DNA from: Octopus vulgaris
Taxonomy: Eukaryota
Reading direction: 5' to 3'
Length of the DNA stretch: 64,000 nucleotides
Assembly: GCA_951406725.2 (NCBI GenBank)
Contig: OX597825.1
Location: forward strand, 87,482,001 to 87,546,000
Made by a program: the position numbers and the translations under genes. Below the pieces are notes generated by a model. That model was given only the letters and a program-made list of their open reading frames with translations, did not search any database and was not told where the DNA came from. Below are positions 42,672 to 56,619 of the stretch, piece after piece. Position 1 is the first letter of the stretch; every line of letters begins with the position of its first letter.

Positions 42672-43235
42672 GTATTTATGTGTGTGTGTGTGTGTATTTA
42701 TATATATATATATGTATATATGTGTATGTACATATATATATATGTACATACACACGCACACACACACACGTACACGCACATTGAGATTCCTATTGAATAC
42801 CAATTCCCTTTATGTTGCAACCTGGTCCCTTATCAAATCCCGCGAGCCATTTAATTAATTTATTTATTTAGTTTACGACATCTCTTTCACCCCCCCCCCC
42901 GTAATGCTGCCAGTTTGATAATGTTGGATATTGTTGATTATTTTCTTTTTGCAATCGAGACGTTCTTTCCATATTCCAGCATCAACTCTGTTTTTGCATT
43001 GACGCACTCAAATTACAGTCCAAAAGAAAATGTGATGACTAATTATTATTATTATTATGGATGTCTTACATTGGCTCCGGGACAAATAGAAGGGAGAGAT
43101 CGATTTTATTCAATGGATTATCAATAAAATACTCAAATAATAAATAAAATGAAATTGGAGAAGTTCCCTTCAAACAACGGCTCAGTAACCTTCCTAAAAT
43201 TCTTGCTCATCATCATCATCATCATCATCATCATT

Positions 43236-43312
<77 letters not shown>

Positions 43313-45311
43313 AAATGTCTGGATGTACTCAATTTAGCTATCTGTGAGAGATACTTGGCAAAATCGACTGCGGCAAGATTTTAAATGAAACTGATTAAAC
43401 AGAGGAAGGCATTTAGTCGAACATTATAACTATTCTGTCATCCGGGGACTTCCAGAATAATTAATAGTATTAATAATTAGCTATTGATAATGAAGTAGTT
43501 AAAGTTTTGCATATTAGAACCAGAAGAGAAAAAACATGCTCTACGGAATAGACTTTTGCTTAATCGTTATAGTTTAGACATTGAGAATGTGGTTGTAACA
43601 GAAATTCCCAGAACAACTAGCAAGCGATTTCAACTTCTGAATGATCTGCTACGCCTTATTTCAACCTGCTTTTAATAAATCGATGCCAAGACAGGAGAGA
43701 ATGCATCCATTAAACTAGATTTACTTGCATACGAAATTTACGATATCGAGAAGATAATTTTGCTAGTCACAGAACACATTACTAAAGCTTAACTTGGAAT
43801 TTCTATTAAGATTACATCTCAACATTTTGTATATTGATGGCGATTTGTAATCATTGAAGCGAAAACCATGCATAGGAACAGGAATAATGCTTAGAACATG
43901 TTTACTGGAAGTTTCTATTGAAGTTCAATTTGTTTTGTTGTGAACATCAGGAGTAAAACATGAATAAATTAATATACAAGTTGCATTTCTTATCATCGGG
44001 ATTTGGAGTTCGCATTAGCGGAGTCAATGGCAATTTTCGTCCGGCAATTAAGAAACTGGCGAAAGTATTGAGACCAACACATTTAAGGTATTCCTCGTTA
44101 GTTTATGTCTGTCTCGGTAGATAAAAGAAGACTGATGTCTCGAGGTGATGGTCCTATCTTTGACTTCATCGAAGACTATTTTCTTATCGTTTAGATCAGC
44201 ACCAGTCTACGTCCGTTCGTCCTCTTCATCCATTAAATGGTTCCCATTGCATTGAATTTATTTTGCGCCCTTTTCTTTGTCTTGTAGCGCTCATTCTTCT
44301 CATTCTTTCATGCTCTTGTTTGATAAGGCTGGGGTCATCCCAAGTTAGTGGCCCCAGAGACGTCATCATGCGTAGAGCCGAACAGGTTAAGATGATGTTG
44401 AGCCTCTGGAGATCTTCCCATTGAAGTTCCTATTATTTGATGTTGTCAGAGTGAAATTGACTCAACGATGTTTAAGATGAACCGGTCTATAATAAATTTT
44501 TGACGGAGCCATTTTGGGGCGTGTGAAGAGTGAAAGATTTTGGCCCCATTTCGTTAACTGCAAAACCATTGTTCATCCTGCCAAAATCCGAAAGGAAATA
44601 AGTCCGCTTTCCCCTCTGAGACCTACAGAATGAAGATTTCCTGCAAACCACTTGGGCTACAAAATCATTGATGGAAGATTTGAAAGACAACAATCACGCT
44701 CTTTTTATCTCATACAAATGATAAAATTAACTTTCCAAATGCAAATATTACCCTCATAAACGAAATCATAAATTTAGTTTATAAACGAAATAGTGAATTC
44801 CAAATAGAAACACATCCTGCTATCTTAATAAAACTCTGCGCAATTAATTTTTTGCTGAGTAGATAACAAGAGAAAAAGGTGGTGTCAAATATTTTGTTGT
44901 CTACGTGATTGCTACTTCTAGGACACAGAAAAGTGGTTTCAAATTTAGCACAAGGCTAGCAATTACGGGGGATTCATAAAGTTAATACCAGTAATACATT
45001 AAGGGAAATTATTGAATTAACCTATTTTCTACTGCAACTATCGGGTTGGTTTCTCAGGAACGTTTTATTCTTCGACTAAATACAGGGTGATTACATTTGT
45101 TATTTCTCTAAATTGATATTTATTTTCAAAATCTTTATCATCGATAAAGAAATTGTCGTTTATTGTGGAGTTAAATTCATCGACTTTATATCTTTTGTTA
45201 TCTAAAAAAAGTCCAAGTTATGGAGATCTTTCCATAATTTATTTTAAAATACTTAACTAACACCAAAATACTAATTTGTATTCATATTTTGGTATTTTGT
45301 TTTAATTACAG

Positions 45312-45379
45312 TTCGATGAATTATGGCGCTATTGGTGTGGTGATTGGTCATGAGATAACACACGGCTTCGATGACAGAG
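45312..45379 (+). CDS. Neprilysin-family exon with zinc-binding HExxH ([23 protein letters not shown])
   Basis: Seen: ttacag| acceptor and |gtaagg donor, 68 bp, in frame. Known: GHEITHGFD is the M13 catalytic motif. Confidence 0.96.
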
Positions 45380-45808
45380 GTAAGGTTTCGTTATATCCAT
45401 GGGACTTGGTATATATGTCTATTTTTTTACTGAAAAACATAAGGTAAATGTAAGCATGAACACATACAGGCATATACTCACACCACACGCGCGCGCACAC
45501 ACACACATGCACACACACACATACACACACACACACACACGCACACGCACACACACATGCACACGCGGGCACACACTCACAAATATAAAGGAACTTTATA
45601 TATTACATAAATATGTTGACATACATGCATACACACATGTACACACTTAAAATAGTATGGAACTTCGTATCTGATATTTATATGTTCTACATTCATGCAC
45701 AAAAACACACTTAAAACAGAACAGAGACTTATATGACATACATATTCTACAAACGACTCTCTCTTTCTCTCTCTCTCTCTTCTCCCCCTCTCTCCCCCTC
45801 TCTCTTTG

Positions 45809-45839
<31 letters not shown>

Positions 45840-47214
45840 GAGTTACACTGGTCGCTGTTTAGTTGGTTCACACCTTTGTCCCGCCCATCTATTTCAGGTA
45901 CAGCTTCTTTGTAACATGGCAAATGTAGCCTTTGTGTTTTGAGAAGGTAAAATGCTAATCTTGGCTGTTATTTCCAGCAGGTCGAGTAACAGTGAAGAAC
46001 ACGTAGTAGCTGGTTCTCAGTTTGTTCTATTAGTTTGTCCCTCAGAGACAAAATATTGTTAGAACCCCCGACTTTGCAAGGATTGCTGGACCAAACTGAA
46101 GGAATCGTAAAAGTTGCAATATTCGAAATAGAGAAGATATTTCTAGGCTTGCATTGCAACATGGGAAGGGCAGGTAAATAATGCTAGCCAACAGACTTGC
46201 CGGTTTCAGCTTTCTTTGGATCTGCTGATCCCTTATAAGGATTATTTTAACAACAAGAGAAAACAAGGGCAAGTTGGCCGACGGTAATGCTTGTTTATTC
46301 TCAATCTCGATTTGTTCATAATCTTGTAATGGAACGAGTCAACAATCAAGCGATCTATATGTGAAGGGAGATAACTCTATGTAACTTCATCATGCGGGAG
46401 AGAAAACGTAAAATGGCATTCAGTTGAGTTCGACTCACCTGAAAGATTTTATGTTCGTTTCCCAAATAATATCGATCTATTGAAACAGATAAAGTCTGGC
46501 AAAATCCTTACTGCAAAATAAGAAAAAAATCTGATTCACTCACAATTTTGACAATATCTTTACGGGAGATTAGTTCTCAGCAGTATGATATCGATTACAA
46601 CACCTTCAATCGCCCCTTTATCAAATTGAATCACATGAGACACAGTTCAGGTCAGAGGGGTTCCTGCTATTAAAGGAATGATGTTACATTCCGCAGTTTA
46701 TATTCAATCTTCTAAACCAGAAGTTTGTAGAGATATTTTTTTTCGTAATACAGTTCTATATTTAAGAGACGAGGAATTATGTCCGATACCTTTCCGATGG
46801 AGAACTTTCACTTTCAGTCTTCTAAGCGCTTCAATAGGATTCTGGATTCTGGATGAGATTTTGCTGTTCAGTGACCCAGTGGCTTAGATTGTGCTGCCAA
46901 GTTACTTGAAGCTTTCCACACACTTCAGCTCAACTCCTTTGAGGGTGATGTTTGTCTGAGGGCGAATTTAGTTTGGGGCTGCTTGGATTAGAACCTCTGT
47001 ATTCTAAACATTGAAATTCTTGAAGCGTTCTAAGAGGTACTACAGTTGTCGAGAACTCAACGGTCAGTTGAACACATTTGAAATATGATGATTAATTTAT
47101 GCGTGAAATCGCTAATTTAAATTTACATGCATTAAAATATATTTAAAAAAAATTTAAATACCATAATAACAATCGTGAAAACCAGCCCATGTTTTAACTT
47201 TATTCAACTGATAT

Positions 47215-47259
<45 letters not shown>

Positions 47260-47339
47260 TATATATATGTATGTATATATACATACATACATACATACAT
47301 ACATACATACATAATACATACATACATATATATATACTG

Positions 47340-47720
47340 TGATCAGCCTAGATATGAAAGGGTCATGGGAATTCCCATCTCAGCGCAGATTTGCAATACG
47401 ATCACACCAAAGCCTTTGTCAGTGAATTATCTGTGGCTGTGTGCGTGTACGTATGTGCGTATGTGCGTGTGCATGTGTGTGCATGCGTGTGTGTGTCTGT
47501 ATGTGTTTGCGCGTGTGTGTGCGCGTGTATGTGTGTGTGTGTGTGTGCGTGCGTGCTTTTATATCGTCTTTTTATTGCTTATGTCAGCGAGGCACAGCAC
47601 CTGACATAGAGATGGCACCAGGCTTAAACTTAAATCTGGAATCGATTTAATAGAATAAACGCTTCAACGTAGGGCTCCAGTATGGCCTTAATCCAATGAC
47701 TAAAACATATAAAAGAATAA
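47340..47720 (+). mobile_element. Degenerate SINE with internal (TG)n
   Basis: aaagcctttgtcagtgaatt ... gctccagtatggcc...aatgactaaaac, parallel to 50272-50641. Confidence 0.55.
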
Positions 47721-47837
47721 CAGATGTCTCTCTTTTCTCACTCACTCACTCACTGTCTCTCTCTCCTTCTCTCTTTCACACACACACACAAACACACACA
47801 CACACAGATATATAATTGAAAATTCTATTTGTTTCAG

Positions 47838-47968
47838 GGCGCCAATTTGATAGGGAGGGAAACCTAAGGCAGTGGTGGAGTACGGACGTCATCAAAAGGT
47901 TTACTAAAAAGGCCGACTGCATTGAAAATCAATATTCTAATTATTCTGTGCCAGAGGCGAACATGAAG
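47838..47968 (+). CDS. Neprilysin-family exon (GRQFDREGNLRQWWSTDVIKRFTKKADCIENQYSNYSVPEANMK)
   Basis: Seen: gtttcag| and |gtaagt, 131 bp, open and phase-compatible. Matches the M13 GRxFDxxGNLxxWW...CxxxQY pattern. Confidence 0.95.
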
Positions 47969-48172
47969 GTAAGTAAGAAATACTTCTCATGAATTGCTAA
48001 TCCAAAGCTCTTAACTAATACACAGCCATAGGAAGTAAGAGAAAGTAGTGCAGAGCCAAATAAGACATTCTTCATGAATTGGGTAATATGGATTTCTTTA
48101 TTAGTACACAATAATAAGTAATGCGGAGTCATAACTTTTAGACACACACACACACACATACATATATATGAA

Positions 48173-48217
<45 letters not shown>

Positions 48218-48280
48218 AAGAGAGAGAGAGAGAAAGAGAGAGAGAGAAAGCGAGAGAGAGAGAAAGCGAGAGAGAGAGAA

Positions 48281-48314
<34 letters not shown>

Positions 48315-48707
48315 TTATGTAGAGTTATTAGTGATATAGAATTAGAAGTAACCTATCCCTCATAAATTGATAATAAAGAGTCCTTTTGCTTTGTATATTG
48401 TTTTGATGTCTAAGATGTCGGCTCACTTAATGTATGTATACTTTGTTGCATTGCTCCAGGAAATATTGTTAGAGTACTGATTATTTATTATTGATTTGTA
48501 GGCGAGGAAAACGATCAGGGATCGATTGGGGAAGTTATTGGTTTCCTCGGCGTTAATTCAGGACATTTAGCGATGCTGGATTGATGAGAAAGAAGATACG
48601 ATGAGATTTCAAATCACACTTCATGTGTTTGTAATAGAATATCGTAAATCAGTTTGCTCACAAAGTTACAAAGTCCAGCAGACTCTATACTTTACGGAAA
48701 TAATAAT

Positions 48708-48910
48708 GGTTTCAAGTTTTGGCACAGGGTCTGCGGATTCGGAAGACGGAATAAACCATTGTGATCATCGTCGGAGTTTGAGCTCAGAATGTATAGACGG
48801 AAGAAAAGTTGCTGAGAATTTTCCTCGGCGTCCTAACGATTCCGCCCAAAGATTCCGCCAACGATTCCGCTAACGATTCCGCCAACGATTCCGCCAAAGA
48901 TTCCGCAGAC
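48708..48910 (-). mobile_element. SINE copy with a tandemly amplified 12-mer at its head
   Basis: tggtttcaagttttggcacagg ... ggagtttgagctcagaatgta ... (AACGATTCCGCC)x6. Confidence 0.65.
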
Positions 48911-49595
48911 CGCTTCATGAGAATAATATTAAGATGTATTAGGAATTATTTTATAAGATTTCCTGTTTAATGCCTACGCTTAATACAAGTCTGCGGTGGA
49001 CTCTGTTTTAACTTTTATGCATTCACATAGGTTTCTCTCACTGTCATAATTTTCCTAAAAATGTCACGAAAAAAAAAATGAATAAAGGGAATTAATTTAT
49101 TATGTTAATTGGCATCCCACTGCCACATCACATACACACGCACACACACATATCACACATAATATCAGCACTTGCCACCACATCACCAATTACTTCTGAT
49201 TTCACTAATTAGCATATTTACATCTGGAAGCAAGCAAATAACTGAACGTATATCTATACAGTGTGTGTGTGTGCATATGTGTGTGTGTATGTGTGTGTGT
49301 ATGTGGTGTGTGTGTATGTGTGTGTGTGCGGTGTGTGTTCACAAACAACAGCAAAATAAACTAAATATATAGAGAATGCATTTTATTTATTTAGTGGAAG
49401 CTAGGACTCCACCGTGACTCTCTCCTGGCTTCAAGAGTCTCTTTCTGTCGATGACAGCGAAAAAGAAAGGAAAAGAACTTGAAACGAAGAATAACATCAG
49501 CGCAAACTTGTGTCTATGAACAAATGAATTCCTGTCGAAATATTACGATTTATTTATGTTGCATAACGTATTCTATTTATTGTATTTTTAAACAG

Positions 49596-49661
49596 ATCAA
49601 CGGGCGAAATACCCTGGGTGAAAATATCGCCGATAATGGTGGACTGAAGCAGTCATTCCGG
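49596..49661 (+). CDS. Neprilysin-family exon with third zinc ligand (INGRNTLGENIADNGGLKQSFR)
   Basis: Seen: aaacag| and |gtaggc, 66 bp, phase 0/0. Known: ENIADNGG is the M13 ExxxD motif. Confidence 0.96.
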
Positions 49662-50159
49662 GTAGGCAGATACTTCGGATTACGTTGTCTTATTCTTTGT
49701 CTCGTTAAATAGATTTGTTGAAACAAATCTTAATGTTTAGACTTGTTGACGATATGAAAAATAAATTATCAAAACCGATCGTTTGATACATGTTTACAAG
49801 AATCTCATTGCATCGCTACAATGTTTACAAACCATTTAGCACACAACTTAATATTAAATACTCTAAAGAGTTCATAAAGGGTAACATCAAATTTAATGAG
49901 AAAATGGACTCAATTTAAGATATGATCAATTATCGACATTAAAATGTCTGTCTGTCTGTTTGTCCATCTAACTATAATTGTATGTATGTATGTATGTATG
50001 TATGTATGTATGTATGTATGTATGTATGTATGTATGTATTTATGTATGTATGTATTTGTGTGTTGTGTGTATGTATGTATGTATCCATTTATCTATCTAT
50101 CTATCTAGATAGATAGAAAAACAGACAGACAGACAGATAGATAGATAAATATCTAGATA

Positions 50160-50641
50160 AAGTACTAGGCTTACAAACAATAAGTCCTAGGGTCGATTCG
50201 CTCGACTAAAGGCGGTGTTCCAGCATGGCCACAGTCACATGATTGAAACAAGTAAAGGGGTAAAGGGGTAAAGGCGCAGAAGTGCCTGTGTGGTAAGTAG
50301 CTTGTTTATCAATCACATGGTTCCGGGTTCAGTCCCACTGCGTGGCCCCTTGGGAAACTGTCTTCAACTATAGCCTCGCGCCGACCACAGCCTTGTGAGT
50401 GGATTTGGTAGACGGAAACTAAAAGTATATAAGTATATGTATATATATAGGTATGTATGTATATGTGTGTGTGTGCTTGTGTATTTGTGTTTGGCCACCC
50501 AACTTAGCGGTTCGGCCTAAGCGAGCGATAGAAAAAATTCTAGGCTTAGAAAAATAAGTCCTGGGGTCGAGTTGCTCGACTAAAGGCAGTGCTCCAGCAT
50601 GGCCGCACTCAAATGACTGAAGCAAGTAAAAGAGTATAAGA
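50160..50641 (+). mobile_element. SINE 3' fragment followed by a near full-length tRNA-derived SINE
   Basis: Head at 50272 GGCGCAG..GTG.CTGTGTGGTAAG ... GGGTTCAGTCCC. The 3' motif aaaggcggtgctccagcatggccgcagtcaaatgactgaa occurs twice here and reversed at ~1505. Confidence 0.8.
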
Positions 50642-51146
50642 GTCTCGTATAAACAAACCGTAAGAAAATAATTACTCAGTATAGTAATTTAGAGTTATCC
50701 CCCTTGTTTTTCACCGTAACCTGCAAGAAACTTGAGAGTTACCTCCCCTGCATTGCTGATTCTTATGATATTCAACATTATTTTTCAATATTATTTATTT
50801 CACTTTTAATTAGTAAACAGCTTTTTAATTAGTAAACACATGTTTAATTAGTAAGCACCTTTTAAAAAAATTCCCATCATATCCACATTTTTATAATTAC
50901 TCATATAAATTCTTTGATAAAATTAGGAAGCTTTCTCAACACAAACATTTCCATAACTTCTGGTTTTATCGGTGAATGAAGACGGGGAATATGTGTCTGC
51001 TTTTAAAAAGAAGCGCTCTCCTCCTGTCACGTGGTTAATACATTCAATAACATCTGGATAACAAATACCCTGGCACTGAGACAAAATCGATGAAACACTG
51101 TCTACGTTGGCGCGCGCGCGTGTGTGTGTGGAGTTGTTTACATGCT

Positions 51147-51183
<37 letters not shown>

Positions 51184-51193
51184 GAGGGAAAGA

Positions 51194-51250
<57 letters not shown>

Positions 51251-51356
51251 GCATGCAAACACCTCCACACACACACGCGCGCTCCACCGTAGAGAGTGTA
51301 TGCGTGTGTGCATGTATATATGTATATATATATACACACTCACACGCGCACACATC

Positions 51357-51428
<72 letters not shown>

Positions 51429-52844
51429 CATACATATATATATACATATATATATATATATATGTATATATATACATATATATATACATACACGCACACA
51501 CACTCTCTCTCTCTCTCTCACACACACACAATGCTAACGAAACATCATAGATTCTCGCAAATACTTTGTGACATCCGTGTGGTTGAGGGATGAAGTGTTC
51601 TTGGCTTCGAGTATTCCACGAAACGCCTGATTGGAGGCCCTACCTTCCGAGTTCCTTACAGGGCTTTGAAAACTGAAGGACCACTGCAATAAATGTCCGA
51701 CTCTAAGCAAGGAATATGTTGAATAATATCATAATCATCTCCTGTATTTTTTTTTGTCCAAATCCAGGCACCCACACGTAGAATCTCGAAGTGACATACC
51801 TGTCACAATTCCTCATGGCATAAAGAAATACCGATTCTGGTTCTCATAGCCAGATCCCCGCTAATACTTCCCTTTTCTGTCACTCCTGAGCATCACACTC
51901 TACAAAAACTACTTCCCGAATAGATTTCGCTATCGATGCAAAGTTAAATAACAAGCCCAGTTGGTGTCTTCAGCCTTCAAAAGACGCTTGCGAGGTTTAT
52001 TTGATCTGTCTATTCCGCGGATGAACTTTTAAACAAGAAATATACATCTTTTTATCGAAGTAGTACAAGAAATATAATTCTCCTGATTGGCCAACACTTC
52101 CAATAATTAAATGAAATCAGAAATGACTAAAATGAAGAATAATGAAAGGCATTTCAATCTACGCTAATCTTTCAAACAGACATGGAAATACATAGATAAT
52201 ATCATAATATTGTTCGTTTGAAACCTTAGAATTTAACAGGGGAAACAATCGTGAATCCTTATTTCTCGAGCCTCAGTTGAATACATAGCGTCTCTTTCTC
52301 TCACTACTCTGTTGTCCTGAAATCACACCGGTTCCTACTGAACATCATTCAAATGAACCTCATCCTTTCTACACAAGATGGAAAAAGCTAAAATCAATTT
52401 CTTCTTTCTCAGATTAAACACTTGATATTCTTTCCTGTTATTCTTTTTATCTTCTTCCTATTACATCATGGATAAAAGATGCACCACGCAAATTTTAAAT
52501 TTCCCTTTAATTTTGAAGTTTTGTTCGAATGCTGAAAACGAATTAATTGACAAACCTAAATGAGGAGCCTCTCAGGAGCCCTTCACTCAAATAGAAATGA
52601 CAGTTAAATCTCCCTCAACTTATACTCTGCAATCTTAAACAAAATAGCCACATTTGAAGATGTAATTCGAGAGAAACAATCAAGAAATAATCCTGGATAT
52701 AGATTAGGACACCTAAGGCCCAATGTTAATCTTGTTCTAACCAAAATCGATGAATCGCCATTTGCCAATTTTCTTTGTTAAGCAACTTGAAATATGATGG
52801 AATTTTCAGAAAGCCATTGCATGATTTCTTTATTTACATTTTAG

Positions 52845-52943
52845 GCTTACAAGAACTGGATCCGTAAGCGAGGAGCAGAAGAGCCGAAACTACCCGGTCT
52901 TAACTATACCCATGAACAATTGTTCTTCCTGGGATTTGCGCAG
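52845..52943 (+). CDS. Neprilysin-family exon ([33 protein letters not shown])
   Basis: Seen: attttag| and |gttagt, 99 bp, phase 0/0. LPGL...QLFF..FAQ motif. Confidence 0.95.
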
Positions 52944-53010
52944 GTTAGTGGTTTGAAACAGTTATTTACCGTGAATGAGTATTGTAACATATATTTTCTA
53001 CCTCGTAGTA

Positions 53011-54067
53011 CGAGAGGAAGTAAAAAATTATCCGCACTTTCGCCATAACATATCTTTATTATAGTCACGTTGCCTTCTGCGCATGCGTGCTTATAGTCGG
53101 TAATATAGTTGGTCAGGTGATCAAGGTTGAGCTTGACGGCGCTATTTTTCTTTCTGACGTTACAGTGTGAGCCTGACCGCTCCGCTGGCAACGTGCACCA
53201 AAGAAGAACAAAGAGCACTGATCCGATTTCTCTGGTCGGAAGGTGTGTCAGGTGCTGGAATTTATCGGAGGCTATATGGGTGCCAAGAGAGCTTAATGCA
53301 GAGCACAAGTGCAAGCATTTTGAGGTCTGCCAACGTTTACCCGATCGCTACAAAAATGAGGGAGATGAATTTTAAAGCGCGATAGTCACAGGAGATGAAA
53401 CGTGGGTCTATCTTTATGCGGCAGATTCCAAAAGACAGAGTATGGAGTGGAAACATGTTGGCTCGCCAGCGACGAGGAAATTCAAGACTCAGTCTTCCTC
53501 GGGAAAAGGTGATGCTAACTCATTTTTGGGACTCAAAAAGGGCCTGTACTGGAAGTCTAGCTGGAAAAGGAGTGCACGATCAACAGTGCAAGATACAGTG
53601 CTTTGCTGGGTAACAAACTGAAGCCAGCAATTCGTGCCAAATGCTAAAGCCTATTGTCGAAGAAAGTTTTGTTGTTGCAGACAAAAGACGGCCCCGCACC
53701 CACGGCCGCACCCACGGCCGCACAGACCGTTGAAAGCAGGAACCAATCGGCTTTTGAGGTGCTGCAACAACCTGCCTGCAGCCCATCGCGTCTCTTCTGA
53801 TTATCATATCTTTGGACGACTCAAAGATGGTTTACGTGGTCGTCGATTTACTAGAGATGAAGATGCGAAGGAAGAGGTTCATAAATGGTTGCACGAACAA
53901 CCCAAAACCTCCTTCGTGGAGGGAATACGCAAGCTCGGGGACCGCTGGACCAAGAGCATCGAAAAGGAAGGAAAGTTTACAGAAAAAAGACGTATTTGTT
54001 TATCCCCTGCCTCTGTGTAAATACTTTGAAAATAAAAGGGTTACGTATAATTGTTAACTCTCCCTCG
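53011..54067 (+). mobile_element. Internally deleted mariner transposon in a neprilysin intron
   Basis: TA|CGAGAGG ... CCCTCG|TA ends. Remnants EQRALIRFL, IVTGDETW, GKVML..FWDSK, SDYHIFGRLK..LRGRRF, GIRKL..RW. Confidence 0.92.
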
Positions 54068-54145
54068 TATCTTTGAAAAGAATTTGAAACTCACACGTGT
54101 ATTCATCTACTATATATATGAATATATGTGCGCGAGTGTGTGTGT

Positions 54146-54310
54146 ATGTATATATACATATATGTATGTTTATATACATATATGTATGTATATATACATA
54201 TATGTATGTATATATACATATATGTATGTATATATACATATATGTATGTATATATACACATATGTACGCATATATACATATATGTATGTATATATACATA
54301 TATGTATGTA
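54146..54310. repeat. 20-bp minisatellite TATGTATGTATATATACATA, ~8 copies
   Basis: Direct reading. Confidence 0.85.
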
Positions 54311-54570
54311 GATATGAAAGTGAGTGAGCGCACGCGATAAACCTTTTTGATTGTTTAAATACGAAGCAGTTGTTTACTGGGATTGTGTGTGTCACGTGTA
54401 ATGAGCGTTTATAACATTTCCACGTGGTTTCATCCTGGCAAACCACGTGGCCGTTGCTGATATCAGTGATGGTTGTTGTTGCAGTTCGATTACCAGTTAC
54501 AACAGTTGAAATAGATTTTATAAGACTCAACCAATGAGCGTAAGATTGAATGTTTCTGACTTTATTTCAG

Positions 54571-54647
54571 GTTTGGTGTGGGAACATGCGGCCCCAGTAT
54601 GCACAGAACCGCATTTTGTCTGGGTACCACAGCCCGGGTCGATTTCG
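54571..54647 (+). CDS. Neprilysin-family exon (VWCGNMRPQYAQNRILSGYHSPGRFR)
   Basis: Seen: tttatttcag| and |gtaagc, 77 bp. Contains the HSP His and the downstream Arg conserved in M13 enzymes. Confidence 0.95.
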
Positions 54648-55291
54648 GTAAGCCAACATTTTCTATGACATCTTTATTTTACTTGTCACCCAGACATTTT
54701 AACTTGCTCGTTAAATATACCTAGCAAATATTTGTGGCCAATTAGTCCAATTAATCTTCATTAATTAAGGATTTTGTTTTATTTTTTCGCATTGTGGAGA
54801 GTCTATTAGCCAGAGACACTGGCAACTCGCTGTTCGCAAGTCGACAGGATGTAATGGATTGTTGCGTCGAGTTTCCAATCACCGAAATAGAAAAATTGTA
54901 ATTGTCTCTCAGCGTGCGTGTGCGCGTGTGTACGTGTAAATGGGTGATGAAAGGTGTGGATGAACGTACATGTCATCAAGGGAAGCAACTCTTGAAGATA
55001 AACTATTCAAGGGAGACAATTATAACTTTAAGTCGACGCAACTCCAGTAGCACTATAAGAAATATAGTCAGTTTTCTTCTGTCAGGTCATGGTTGGATCT
55101 ATGTACGTCTCATCGGACAAGCTTAAGTAGCCATGCAATTTACACATTCGTAGTGTGTGTGTGTGTATTGCGTGTGTGCGTGTTTTGTGAGTGTCTGTGT
55201 GTGTGCATGTATATTATATACACACATATATATATACATATATGTATATACGTATGTAAATAAGTGTGTGCGCGTATGTATATGTATATAC

Positions 55292-55384
<93 letters not shown>

Positions 55385-55504
55385 CATATATGTATGTATG
55401 TATGTATGCATGAATATATGTCTGTAAATAAGTGTTTGTGTGTGCGGATATGAAAAATATTATTGAAAGAGAGTTTTCTGCCGTTATGCTTCTCTATGAA
55501 ATTC

Positions 55505-55581
<77 letters not shown>

Positions 55582-56437
55582 ACGTGTGTTGCGTTTATCT
55601 GTTGTGTTCCAGTTTCCAAACTCTTGAATAATTCAGCAAAGTCCAGACATATTTCCAATCAACCTTGTTTTTACGAATTAATATCATTATCACTCAAAGT
55701 CACGCCAATGAAGTATTTTTATAGGAGTTTTGATATTATAATATCAATGTTCATTTGATAGAAATATTTAGTTTATTATAAGACAGCTGAAATATTTCAA
55801 AAGTATGTAGATTTAAAAAAATGATCGATTAGAGAGAAATACTGTTCAATAAAAATGACCCAAAATGACTTTTCTTGAATGCTGTGGGCTTCTAAATCCT
55901 TTTTGTAACAGGAGTGTATATTTTCACGATGGCCTCAGAATAGACAAGGGATTATATACATCGACTGAAATAACGAAATAGTATAACTTTAATTAATTTG
56001 TTCTTAAAGTGTATTATGTAGTTAATGATCTGTTGTTGAACGGTAAAATAGTGTTACAAAAACATCCATTTATTGCCTGCAGACAGATGTGGACTCCAGC
56101 TGATCGGCCGCTTATTGTCAATTTGTCTGGATCTTTTGGCAAACCGATCGTTCGCAAATGCTGTCGTACTAGAAGTGAAATTTTAAGTGGTCTGTGTTTT
56201 TTTATTATATACGAACAAATTCCTAATCAGGCGTATTCCCTACGGCATCTACAAGTATAACATAAAATAAATAAAAAACAGAAGTGAGGTTATGTGTGAG
56301 AAGGGATTATTTACCCATTCCCCAGCAACAGAGTTCCTGTGTTGAAATTATGGTTTGTCGAATATTAAGATGATTTTGCAATATAAGTCCTTAGGCAACC
56401 AAACAACGCAAATTTTTTTGAATTTGGGGAGCAATAA

Positions 56438-56439
<2 letters not shown>

Positions 56440-56529
<90 letters not shown>

Positions 56530-56546
56530 TAACAATAATAATAATA

Positions 56547-56587
<41 letters not shown>

Positions 56588-56593
56588 AATAAT
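56440..56593. repeat. (TAA)n-(TGA)n microsatellite
   Basis: Direct reading. Confidence 0.97.
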
Positions 56594-56619
56594 ATAAGGT
56601 TGTAGGAAGAGATACAGAG

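Noticed and set aside
48835-48906. CRISPR-like or iteron-like repeat array
   Set aside because: No spacers, eukaryotic context, lies within a SINE.
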